Source of the DNA: Roseibacillus sp.
Lineage (GTDB): Bacteria; Verrucomicrobiota; Verrucomicrobiia; Verrucomicrobiales; Akkermansiaceae
DNA: 64,000 nt
Direction: 5' to 3'
Assembly (NCBI GenBank): GCA_051251855.1
Contig: JBPOGI010000002.1
Location: 672,001 to 736,000 of the forward strand
Numbering within the stretch: position 1 is the stretch's first letter; every line of letters begins with the position of its first letter. Below, one piece after another: positions 38,471 to 46,529 of this stretch. A model generated the notes under the pieces. It did not search any database, had not been told where the DNA came from, and worked only from the letters and a program-made list of their open reading frames with translations. Made by a program: the position numbers and the translations under genes.

Positions 38471-39475
38471 TTATTGGCCCATGGCGGCGGTCCAGCCAAC
38501 GGCGGTGAGTCCGACGAAGACGAAGAGTCCAATCGCTAACCAGGCGATGAACTTGGGTTTCATGATGGTGGAGTAGAGAAAGAGGAGCTTGACGTCCATC
38601 ATGGGGCCAAAGACGAGGAAGGCGAGGCGGGCTGCGGTGCGCGCGGCGGCGGGTGGGGCTAAAGTCGCAGCGATGAAGGCATCAGAAGTGCTGCAGAGGC
38701 TGAGCAAGAAGGCGAGCGCCATGAAGGCGGCGGTTTGCCCGAGGGCGGAGCCTTCCATGGATTCGAGCCATTCGGCTCCGGGGGCGATGCCGACGTTGAA
38801 GAGGGCGGTGATGATGACGCCAATGGTGAAGTATACACCTACGTCGGTGAAATCCTTGAGGGCCGCGCGCATGGAGAGGACGACACGGTTCTGTCCCTCG
38901 CTGCCGTGGTGATGATCGTCGTGCTCGTGATGATGGTCATGGTCGCAGTCTTTGTGGTCGCAGTCGTGGTGAGGGTGTTCTTTCTCCTTCTTGGTGTCCG
39001 CGGGCAGTACTTTAGGCTTGAGGATTTTGTCCATGGGAATGCGGAGGACAATGAGACCGACAAGGATGGCGGCGAGGTAGCCGAGGAGGACGCGGGAGAA
39101 GGTGAAGAACTCGGCACGCTCGGACCAGGTCTCGAAGTCGGGGAAGGCATTCCAGGTCGAGAAGATGGTGATGGGGTTCACGATGGGCGCGGCCAGCATA
39201 TAGGCGAAGGCGCAGCTCACAGGGAGGCCTTTGGCGACGAGACGACGAATGACGGGGACGACGGCGCACTCGCAAACGGGGAGAATTAAGCCGAGGAGGC
39301 CGGAGACAAGAACGGCGGCTGTCTTGTTCTTAGGGAGCATCTTTTCCATCGCTCCGGCGGGGAGGTAGACCCCGAGAAAGCCCGAGAGAAGGGTCCCAAG
39401 CAGGATAAAGGGTGCTCCTTCAAAAAGGATGGATTTGAAGGCGATGGCGAAGTTGGCGAAGTCGTCAGGGGACAC
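38471..39475 (-). CDS. DUF318/ArsP-family permease with a His/Asp/Cys-rich loop
   Basis: EGAPFILLG, PVCECAVVP, MLAAPIVNP, LSLCSTSDAF, FLVFGPMMDVK; loop HPHHDCDHKDCDHDHHHEHDDHHH. Confidence 0.88.
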   Translation of the reverse strand: MSPDDFANFAIAFKSILFEGAPFILLGTLLSGFLGVYLPAGAMEKMLPKNKTAAVLVSGLLGLILPVCECAVVPVIRRLVAKGLPVSCAFAYMLAAPIVNPITIFSTWNAFPDFETWSERAEFFTFSRVLLGYLAAILVGLIVLRIPMDKILKPKVLPADTKKEKEHPHHDCDHKDCDHDHHHEHDDHHHGSEGQNRVVLSMRAALKDFTDVGVYFTIGVIITALFNVGIAPGAEWLESMEGSALGQTAAFMALAFLLSLCSTSDAFIAATLAPPAAARTAARLAFLVFGPMMDVKLLFLYSTIMKPKFIAWLAIGLFVFVGLTAVGWTAAMGQ

Positions 39476-39763
39476 GCTGAGGAGGAAACCAGAAATGAGA
39501 GTAGAAATGCGAGCAATAACGAGTGTGAGTCTTATTGGCGCGGGGTTTTAGCCATCAGGGAGAGTAGAAAGTTTCCCAGTAAATCCTCAGGAGTTGTTTT
39601 TCATGTAATTATTTTGTTTTAAGTTGGTTGCGTTCTTTTTGTTGCCTTGTTTGGGCTTTTGGGAAAGCCCTTTCGGTGACCGATCTGTGTTCAATTCTCT
39701 GGAATAGTTGCGGCAACTGACTGATGTGGTAGGTTTTGACTGTTCTTAGATGAACAAACTACA

Positions 39764-40339
39764 ATGAAACTAAAATTCGTATTTACGATGATGGCTGCTA
39801 GCGGTCTCTTCGTTGCGCCTGTTTTTGCTGACCATCATGGTGAGAAAAAGGCTGCAACAGAGGCATCAGCAGAAGGTTCAGTAGCGGCCTACGTGGTCGC
39901 TGCTTCTGGCGGCGGGTGAGGCGCTGCAGGAAAGGTCAGTTCGGCCTTGAAAAGTCAGGAAGGTGTCAAAACCGTCATTCTCTCCGGTCTCCGTGCCACA
40001 GTCATCATGGATGACGGCGCAGCTCTAGATGAAGCGAAGGTGAAAGCCGCCATCAAAGGAAAGAAGATGGAGTTCGTTTCCATGGAGAAGACCCAGATTA
40101 CTCGCCCTGTAGCGGCCTATGAGCTCGTGGTGAGCGGCGCTACATGAGCAATCAAAAATGAAAAGGCCCGTGTGGCCTTGGAAAAATTGGACGGAGTTTC
40201 CGGTGCGTTTGTGAATAACAACATCGCGCTCCACTTCTCAGAGGAAACCGAACTTGATGAGAAGCTTGTTGCTTCTGCTATCAAGGAGTTTGGAATGAAG
40301 GTGAAGAGCACCAAGAAGCTCGAAGCATTGCCATTCTAG
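39764..40339 (+). CDS. Candidate double-selenocysteine secreted protein with tandem HMA/MerP-like domains (191 aa; in-frame UGA at codons 52 and 128)
   Basis: One frame from ATG 39764 to TAG 40337-40339 with TGA at 39917-39919 (SGGG-U) and 40145-40147 (SGAT-U); signal peptide; SECIS-like hairpin after each UGA; terminator after the TAG. Confidence 0.82.
39932..39948 (+). promoter_or_regulatory. SECIS-like hairpin 1
   Basis: AAGGTC-AGTTC-GGCCTT, 12 nt after the first UGA. Confidence 0.7.
40163..40179 (+). promoter_or_regulatory. SECIS-like hairpin 2
   Basis: AAGGCC-CGTGT-GGCCTT, 15 nt after the second UGA. Confidence 0.72.
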
Positions 40340-40360
40340 CAGTTTCGATTCGATTAATTT

Positions 40361-40400
40361 TGAGAGGCCTGTCGCATCGTGCGGCAGGCCTTTCTTTTTT
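40361..40400 (+). terminator. Intrinsic terminator
   Basis: GAGAGGCCTGTCGCA-TCG-TGCGGCAGGCCTTTC followed by a T-run. Confidence 0.85.
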
Positions 40401-40495
40401 GGCTCTGTCAGGTTTGGGGAGTGAGAATACGGAGTTGATGTTGAGGAGCTTCGACTTCAGGCGTCGAGCGTTGAGGTAAAGCATCAGTTGGGGAA

Positions 40496-40532
40496 CCGGA
40501 CTAGTTGTGGACGACTGAAGTCGACCCTCCTG
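40496..40532. repeat. REP-like palindrome, family C (CGACTGAAGTCG)
   Basis: Related copies at 6183-6210, 6461-6480 and inside dnaE2 at 581-596. Confidence 0.7.
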
Positions 40533-40553
40533 TTGCCGCCGCCTCGGCTCCGC

Positions 40554-41921
40554 TTACTTGATGGGATGGGATGCCGCCTTGAGGTAGGATTTGGCCTTGG
40601 CGAGAGTTTTTTGGTGTTCCTCTTTTCCTGCGAGGTTGTTTTTTTCGAACGGGTCGGCCTCAAGATTGAAGAGTTCGAGGCTTCCTCCTTTGGCTTTTTT
40701 GTAGGCTTTCCATTTTCCGAAGCGAAGTGCTTGGGAATGAAGGGCTTGCTTTCCGCCGGTGGTGAACTCGATATAAAGATACTCGTGTTCTTCCTGTTCG
40801 CCGTCTTTGGTAAGGGTGGGGAGGAAGGAGAGGCCTGTGTTTTGCTCGGGGATGGGTTGAGCGAGGATCTGAGAGAAGGTGGGGAGGAGGTCGTGAAAGC
40901 CGCTGAGGTGATGGGTGCTGCTGCCTGCTTCAATTTTTCCGGGCCAGCGAGCGAGCATGGGGGACTTGATGCCGCCTTCATGCATGTCGCGTTTGTGGCC
41001 ACGAAGTCCGCCGGTGGAGTTGAAGAAATCGGGATCATGACCGCCTTCTTTGTGGGCGCCGTTGTCGCTAGCGAACATCACGAGGGTGTTGTCGTCGATG
41101 TCGAGCTCTTCGAGCAGGGTCATGATGGCTCCAACTTCATCGTCAAGGTGCTCCATCATGGCGGCGAATCCGGCGATGGGATTGATGACGTCGGGGGTTT
41201 CGTCGAATTCACCGGCTCCATAGCGGCCGATCTTGTTGTCGAATTGAGGGAAGACTCTACGCCACTTTTCATGTAGTTCTTTAGGTGCGTGCATGGCTGC
41301 ATGGGGGATGGCAGTGGGAATATAGCAGAAGAAGGGGGCATCGGATTTGGTGCTGTTAGAAATGAAATCGCGAGCGGCCTCCATGACGATGGGGTTAAGG
41401 TAGGTCTTGCTGTCGAGCGGGATTTCTTTGCCGTTGTGGACGTAGCTGGTGGGGTAGTAGGTGTGAGCGATGAGTTGGCTCTTCCAGCCACAGAATTCGT
41501 CGAAACCGTGGGTGTGAGGGCTTTGTTTTCCAGTCTTGTTAGTGACCCCTAGTCCCCATTTTCCAAAGGCTCCTGTGCGATAGCCGGCGGCCTTGAAGAC
41601 TTCGGGGAGGACCGTGAGTTCTTCGGGGAGGGCAGCTTGGTCTTCGCCGGGGACATTGCCGCGGAGGTAGAGCTGACCTGATTCGATACCCGTCATTAGG
41701 ACGGCGCGGGAGGGGGAGCAGACGGTGTTACCTGAGTAGTGGTTGGTGAACTTCATCCCCTCGGTGGCAAGTCTGTCGATGTGAGGCGTCTCGAATTTTT
41801 CCTGTCCATAGCAGGAGAGATCACCGTAGCCGAGGTCGTCGGCGAGGATGTAGATGATGTTTGGTTTCTCAGCCGAAAAGGCGAGGGTTGGGATAACGAG
41901 TGAGAGAAGAAGGAGCTTCAT
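40554..41921 (-). CDS. Sulfatase (arylsulfatase, S1 family)
   Basis: Signal peptide; PNIIYILADDLGYGD, CSPSRAVLMTG, GKWGLG, SDNG. Confidence 0.94.
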   Translation of the reverse strand: MKLLLLSLVIPTLAFSAEKPNIIYILADDLGYGDLSCYGQEKFETPHIDRLATEGMKFTNHYSGNTVCSPSRAVLMTGIESGQLYLRGNVPGEDQAALPEELTVLPEVFKAAGYRTGAFGKWGLGVTNKTGKQSPHTHGFDEFCGWKSQLIAHTYYPTSYVHNGKEIPLDSKTYLNPIVMEAARDFISNSTKSDAPFFCYIPTAIPHAAMHAPKELHEKWRRVFPQFDNKIGRYGAGEFDETPDVINPIAGFAAMMEHLDDEVGAIMTLLEELDIDDNTLVMFASDNGAHKEGGHDPDFFNSTGGLRGHKRDMHEGGIKSPMLARWPGKIEAGSSTHHLSGFHDLLPTFSQILAQPIPEQNTGLSFLPTLTKDGEQEEHEYLYIEFTTGGKQALHSQALRFGKWKAYKKAKGGSLELFNLEADPFEKNNLAGKEEHQKTLAKAKSYLKAASHPIK

Positions 41922-41993
41922 TGAGACTATAGAAACGAATGGAAGCGGTTCTGTCTATCGGTAGCTTGGCCTACTTTGTGTTATGAGGAGGTG

Positions 41994-43427
41994 CTATTTG
42001 CGCAATAGTTCGATGACGACCTCGGCGGTTTCAGGGTCGCGGAGGAGCCAATGGCCGCTGCGGACGATGGTTTGAGTGTCGGCTTGGTCCAGACTGGCTG
42101 AGGTATAGGGGACGACCCAGTCACCGAGGCCGCGCTGCCCTCCGGTGACGGTGGCGACAATATTGTGGAGCTCGACTCCTTGGCGGATAGGCATTTCGTT
42201 GAGGGCCTTGAGGGCACCAGAGTGAGGGTTGAGCTCAGAGACAGAGACTTCGTTGCCGGCTAGCAGGGCTGCTCCTTGTTGTGTGAGGAGGCCGGGTTCG
42301 GCGAAGGCGAGGTTTTGAGCGGTGCTGAGGGTGGTGCCAAGGACTCGCGCGGGGGCTTTCACGAGGGTTCGAGCGAGCCAAAGCAGAGGGCCTCCGGCGA
42401 GACGGGCCCCCTTGTGAGGAGTCGCTAGGAAGATGACCTTGGAGGGCTCGGCGAGGGGCTCGAAGAGGAGTTGTTCGCGAAGGCGTTTCTTTTGATAGGG
42501 CAGGAGTCGGATGTCGTCGAGGGGGCGGTTGAAATACTGGTTGTAGAGTTTTTCGGGTTGTTCGGAGAGAGAGAGTCGGCTGATGAGCCCGCCCATGGAG
42601 TGGGCGATGATGGTGGTTTCTTTGCGGAGGGGATGATGGATTCTTTTGGGATCGAGGGTCTTGGTGAGAGTGCGAAAGTCCTCGCGAAAATTAGCAGCGG
42701 CGAGAACCCAGGGGTCGCCAGTGGGGTAGAAGTAGTACCAAAACTGATAGCGGTCCCAGAGGTCGGGTTTGCTGGCGATGGTGGAAGCGAGGCGTTCAAA
42801 GTCGACGGGTGTGGACATCAAGCCGTGCACGAAGATGAGGGGAATCTTTTCTGGGTCGTATTCGGTAGCGAGATAGAAGCCTCTTCTGTCGGACCAACCC
42901 GTAGGGTCAATGAGGGCCAGAAAGCGGACGATGGGATTGTCCTCTTGCTTTTGAACGTAGTCGAAGGGAAGGCGATAGTTGCTGGCGAGAGGGAGTCCGT
43001 TGAGGCGGTCGTTTTCGCGAAAATCGAGGGCGGTGAGTTTGAGGCTACCGTCTTGTTCGGAGCGAGCGACGATGGTGGCGGGTTGGCTGGTGAACTGCCA
43101 AGCACGCGCAGTGATTTCTTTAAGTGGCTGGTCTGTGCCAGTATGAACCATAGCCAAGGTTCCCAAATGGTTGGGGTCTTTGTCGTCCTTGGAAAATTGT
43201 TCAGCAGGTGTGAGGTCGGCGATGGTTTGGAGTTCCTCGTGTTCGTCGACGAGACGAATGGGGCGTCCAGCCACGGTGGCGGGGTAGTTGTTGCCCGCCC
43301 AATGCTCGACGAGTTGGCGGGTGGTCTTTTGGGTGAGATAGCCGGTTTCGTGCGGGAGGCGTGGGGCCTTGGGGACGGAGGTGCACGCTCCGAGAAGGGC
43401 GGTAAGGAGAAGAAGGAGGATGCGCAC
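41994..43427 (-). CDS. Alpha/beta hydrolase lipoprotein (lipase/esterase-like)
   Basis: Lipobox LGA-C; IFVHGL, AHSMGGL, FLATPHKG, DWVVPYTS. Confidence 0.85.
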   Translation of the reverse strand: MRILLLLLTALLGACTSVPKAPRLPHETGYLTQKTTRQLVEHWAGNNYPATVAGRPIRLVDEHEELQTIADLTPAEQFSKDDKDPNHLGTLAMVHTGTDQPLKEITARAWQFTSQPATIVARSEQDGSLKLTALDFRENDRLNGLPLASNYRLPFDYVQKQEDNPIVRFLALIDPTGWSDRRGFYLATEYDPEKIPLIFVHGLMSTPVDFERLASTIASKPDLWDRYQFWYYFYPTGDPWVLAAANFREDFRTLTKTLDPKRIHHPLRKETTIIAHSMGGLISRLSLSEQPEKLYNQYFNRPLDDIRLLPYQKKRLREQLLFEPLAEPSKVIFLATPHKGARLAGGPLLWLARTLVKAPARVLGTTLSTAQNLAFAEPGLLTQQGAALLAGNEVSVSELNPHSGALKALNEMPIRQGVELHNIVATVTGGQRGLGDWVVPYTSASLDQADTQTIVRSGHWLLRDPETAEVVIELLRK

Positions 43428-43716
43428 AGGAAGAGAGTCCAGAATCCAGAGTCCAGAGTCCAGACTTCCCTGAGGCGAATCTCACCCAGAGAGTGTCTGA
43501 GAGATGGGAGGTTTGGTAGCGGGGGGGCTTGCGCTTTTTGCTAAGGGGGAAGGAGCGCTTCGGATAGGTGCGAGAACTTTGGAGTCCGCTGGCTCGCTTG
43601 GAACTTTCGTTGCGAGCTTACCCAGGGCGATGCCCTAGTCTGTTTTCTCTCATCCCTTTGGGGCTGACGATGCGAGGTGTCGATTTCCGCAGGAAGACCG
43701 ACGGGTTGCGTGATTT

Positions 43717-44760
43717 TTATAGAAAGACCTTCTGGCCATCATTCTGGGCGCTTTCGTAGATGGCGCGGATGACGGCGACAGATTTGCGGGCTTCGGCGGA
43801 GGAGGTGCTGGGTTCGCGGCCTTCGGCGATGGCTTGAACGACTTCTTCGAAGTTGCGTTGGTGTTGGTAGAAGTTGATGGCGGAGGGGTCGTTGGCTCCG
43901 AGTCCGGCTTCTTGCCCTTTCATGTGCTTGGAGAGGATTTCGGCGTCGATGGGCTCTTCCTTCATGAAGTCCCAGATTTCGAACGCTTCGTCGGCGAGGA
44001 ATACTGAGCCTTCGGTGCCGGCCAGTTGGACGCGGGCAGGGTGTCCGTCTTTAGACCAAGTGGCGGTTGAGGCTTCGATGACGCCGCGGGCACCGTTTTC
44101 GAATTCGATGAGAGCGACGCAGTGGTCTTCTACTTCGATGCGTTCATGGGCGAGAAGGGCGGTGTTTGCTTGCACGGACTTGATCGGGCCGACGAGGTGG
44201 AGGAGGGCGTCCACGGTGTGAATGGATTGGTTCATGAGGGCGCCACCACCATCGAGGGCCCAAGTGCCGCGCCAACCTGCGGAGTCGTAGTAGGCTTGGT
44301 CTCGAAACCATTTGATGTAGGCGGAGGCGGAGGTGAGGACTCCGAAGCGTCCGGCTTCGACGGCAGCCTTGAAGGCGTCCATTCCGGGATGAAAGCGACG
44401 GTTGAGGACGGCGGCGAGGGTTTTTCCGTTGGCGGCGGCGGCGGCGATGAGCTCGTCGCAGCGCTCGGTGGTGACTTCGAGAGGTTTCTCGACAATGGCA
44501 TGCTTGCCGGCGTTGAGGGCAGCGAGAGTGGGGTCGAGATGGGCTCCGCTAGGGGTGCCGACGGTGACGATTTCGAGTTCGGGGTCAGCGAGGAATTCCG
44601 CCAGGTCGGAGAAGCCCTTGGCACCATACTCTTCGGCGAGCTTGTCCGCTCGGTCCTGATGGAGGTCGAAGACTGAGTGGAGAGTGCCGCCGGTCATAGC
44701 GGTGATAGCTTTGGCGTGAAAGTGGCCGATCATGCCGGCGCCGATGATTCCGAATTTCAT
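43717..44760 (-). CDS. Gfo/Idh/MocA family oxidoreductase
   Basis: FGIIGAGMIG, VEKPL, WRGTWALDGGGALMNQSIH. Confidence 0.93.
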   Translation of the reverse strand: MKFGIIGAGMIGHFHAKAITAMTGGTLHSVFDLHQDRADKLAEEYGAKGFSDLAEFLADPELEIVTVGTPSGAHLDPTLAALNAGKHAIVEKPLEVTTERCDELIAAAAANGKTLAAVLNRRFHPGMDAFKAAVEAGRFGVLTSASAYIKWFRDQAYYDSAGWRGTWALDGGGALMNQSIHTVDALLHLVGPIKSVQANTALLAHERIEVEDHCVALIEFENGARGVIEASTATWSKDGHPARVQLAGTEGSVFLADEAFEIWDFMKEEPIDAEILSKHMKGQEAGLGANDPSAINFYQHQRNFEEVVQAIAEGREPSTSSAEARKSVAVIRAIYESAQNDGQKVFL

Positions 44761-44941
44761 GTTGAGAGTGTTAAAGCGGGTGAGAGGAGTTTTTGCAAGT
44801 CACTGGAATACGTCACTTAGAAAGGGTGATGATTCCGGAGGGGCTTGGTTCGCGGATTCTACGACCCAAGAGGGGCTGGACTTACGATTGATTGATGCTG
44901 AGAGCTTTTTTAAATCAGCGCCTTCGCTGAAACGGCGACCA

Positions 44942-46357
44942 TTAGGGGGCTTTGGCGGGTGGGATATGGTTTTCAGTGAGCAGCTTTTTCATCATTTCTA
45001 GAGCGGGTTGATACTCACTCTCCTCAGCAACGTTCTTCCATTCGTTGGGATCCTTTTCATGGTCATAGAGCTCCATGGAGCCATCGCCATACTCGATGTA
45101 GCGGTAGTGTTGATAACGAAGCGCCTTTCCGCCCTCCTTTCGGTAGGTGAGTGTTGGGTGATCCCAGTCAGCCTTTGGGTTTTCTAAGAGCGGTTTGAGG
45201 CTGCGCCCGACGACCTTGGTGTTGGCTGGGAGACTACAGAGGTCGACCAGAGTGGGGTAGATGTCGATCAGCCCTACCACTTTGTCGCATTGACCCCGGA
45301 ATTTTTCGCCCTGCATGCTGGGCGGGAGCTTGATAATGAGGGGGGAGAGCCCCGAGCGTTCCCAAAGGGTGTGTTTTTGGAAGGTGTTTTTCTCGCCCAT
45401 GTGATAACCATGATCGGACCAAAGAATGACGATGGTGTTTTCGGAGTAGGGGCTTTCTTTGAGAGCCTTGAGAACTTCCCCCACTTTACTGTCGGCGAAA
45501 GTGATACTGGCAAGATAGCTTTGCGCGATGTCTTTCCATCTGTTGTTCTCAAGGGCCCACTCTGTTCGGGGGTAGCCTTCGTTGATGGTTGCCAATGCAG
45601 CTTCTGGCACGTCATCGAGGTCTTCTTTTTGGTAGGGCGGTAGCTTGATGGCTTCGCGATCGTAGAGGTCAAAGTATTTTTGAGGGACATACCAAGGAAC
45701 ATGAGGGCGAAGAAATCCGACCATTAACATAAAAGGTTTATCGTGTTGTTCTTGTAAGCGTTCTACGGCCCAAGTTGCTGCTCGGCTGTCGCTCATACTT
45801 TCCTCGGGTTTTTCCCAGGGACCCCAATCGGTCAGAGTGTTCTGAGAGGGCCACTCGAGCTTGATTTTCTTCCCAGTTTTCTTGTCCCTGAGGTAGTCCC
45901 AGCTTCCGCGTCCACCGGAGAGGTCGAGATTCTCTTTAGGGAGGTGTTTGTGAAGAATTTTTCCGACCGCCATGGTCTTGTAGCCGCCCATTTTCTTCAA
46001 ATAGCCATGGAGGAGTTCTGACCCAAGAGACTGGGCAGTCTTCTCCACAAATTCATCCTCGGCCTGCAGTTTGGGGGAGTTGAGTTGGTGGTAATAGAGA
46101 CCGCTCATCAGACTGGCTCGAGAAGGGCCGCATACAGGATACTGGCAGTAGGCCTTGGAGAACCAAACGCCCTCGCTGGCCAATTGGTCCATGTGAGGCG
46201 TAATGGCCTGTGAGTTGCCAAAATAACCTGCCCAGTCGTTGAGGTCATCGACGGCAATGAACAAGACGTTTGGCCTTTTGGCCGCGTTCGTTTGGAAGGG
46301 AAGGCCTGCGAGTATCAGCAGAGTCAGGAGTCGAAAGTGGGATCTTAGAATTTTCAC
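44942..46357 (-). CDS. Sulfatase (iduronate/choline-sulfatase-like)
   Basis: Likely GTG start at 46357 with signal peptide; PNVLFIAVDDLND, CGPSRASLMSG, RPHVP, SDHGYHMGEK. Confidence 0.92.
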   Translation of the reverse strand: MKILRSHFRLLTLLILAGLPFQTNAAKRPNVLFIAVDDLNDWAGYFGNSQAITPHMDQLASEGVWFSKAYCQYPVCGPSRASLMSGLYYHQLNSPKLQAEDEFVEKTAQSLGSELLHGYLKKMGGYKTMAVGKILHKHLPKENLDLSGGRGSWDYLRDKKTGKKIKLEWPSQNTLTDWGPWEKPEESMSDSRAATWAVERLQEQHDKPFMLMVGFLRPHVPWYVPQKYFDLYDREAIKLPPYQKEDLDDVPEAALATINEGYPRTEWALENNRWKDIAQSYLASITFADSKVGEVLKALKESPYSENTIVILWSDHGYHMGEKNTFQKHTLWERSGLSPLIIKLPPSMQGEKFRGQCDKVVGLIDIYPTLVDLCSLPANTKVVGRSLKPLLENPKADWDHPTLTYRKEGGKALRYQHYRYIEYGDGSMELYDHEKDPNEWKNVAEESEYQPALEMMKKLLTENHIPPAKAP

Positions 46358-46375
46358 TAGAGTATGGTGGCTGCT

Positions 46376-46423
46376 GGTTTTTCTCGCGCCATTCGGTCCG
46401 GCGATGATGATGGCGGTGGGCAT
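46376..46423 (-). pseudogene. Short remnant resembling the N-terminus of a zeta-toxin/AAA-type P-loop ATPase
   Basis: MPTAIIIAGPNGARKT (compare IIAGPNGAGKT); REP half-site at 46447-46467 just upstream. Confidence 0.5.
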
Positions 46424-46529
46424 TGTGATCTCGAACTGCTGGTGGGGTGGCTTGCAAAGCCACGCTTCTAATCGCCGCATTTGAAGACCCCGCCTTGGCG
46501 AGGGATCCTTCGAAGCTAAGGTCTTGAAA

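Noticed and set aside
39518..39536. Possible Fur/Zur-like box upstream of the permease
   Set aside because: The palindrome is too degenerate to support without a lineage-specific matrix.
39741..39756. TGTTC-N6-GAACA as a LexA box for the UGA gene
   Set aside because: Wrong spacing for the N4 motif; kept only as an unassigned palindrome.
39764..40339. Reading the UGA gene as a pseudogene or as evidence of genetic code 4/25
   Set aside because: Both UGAs sit at the same ligand position with matching hairpins and no frameshifts; TGA ends other genes here and Trp is TGG.
43438..43465. TCCAGAR heptamer tandem and nearby CCCAGGGCGATGCCCT palindrome (about 43621)
   Set aside because: Short simple or REP-like repeats with a single instance each here; no separate function can be supported.
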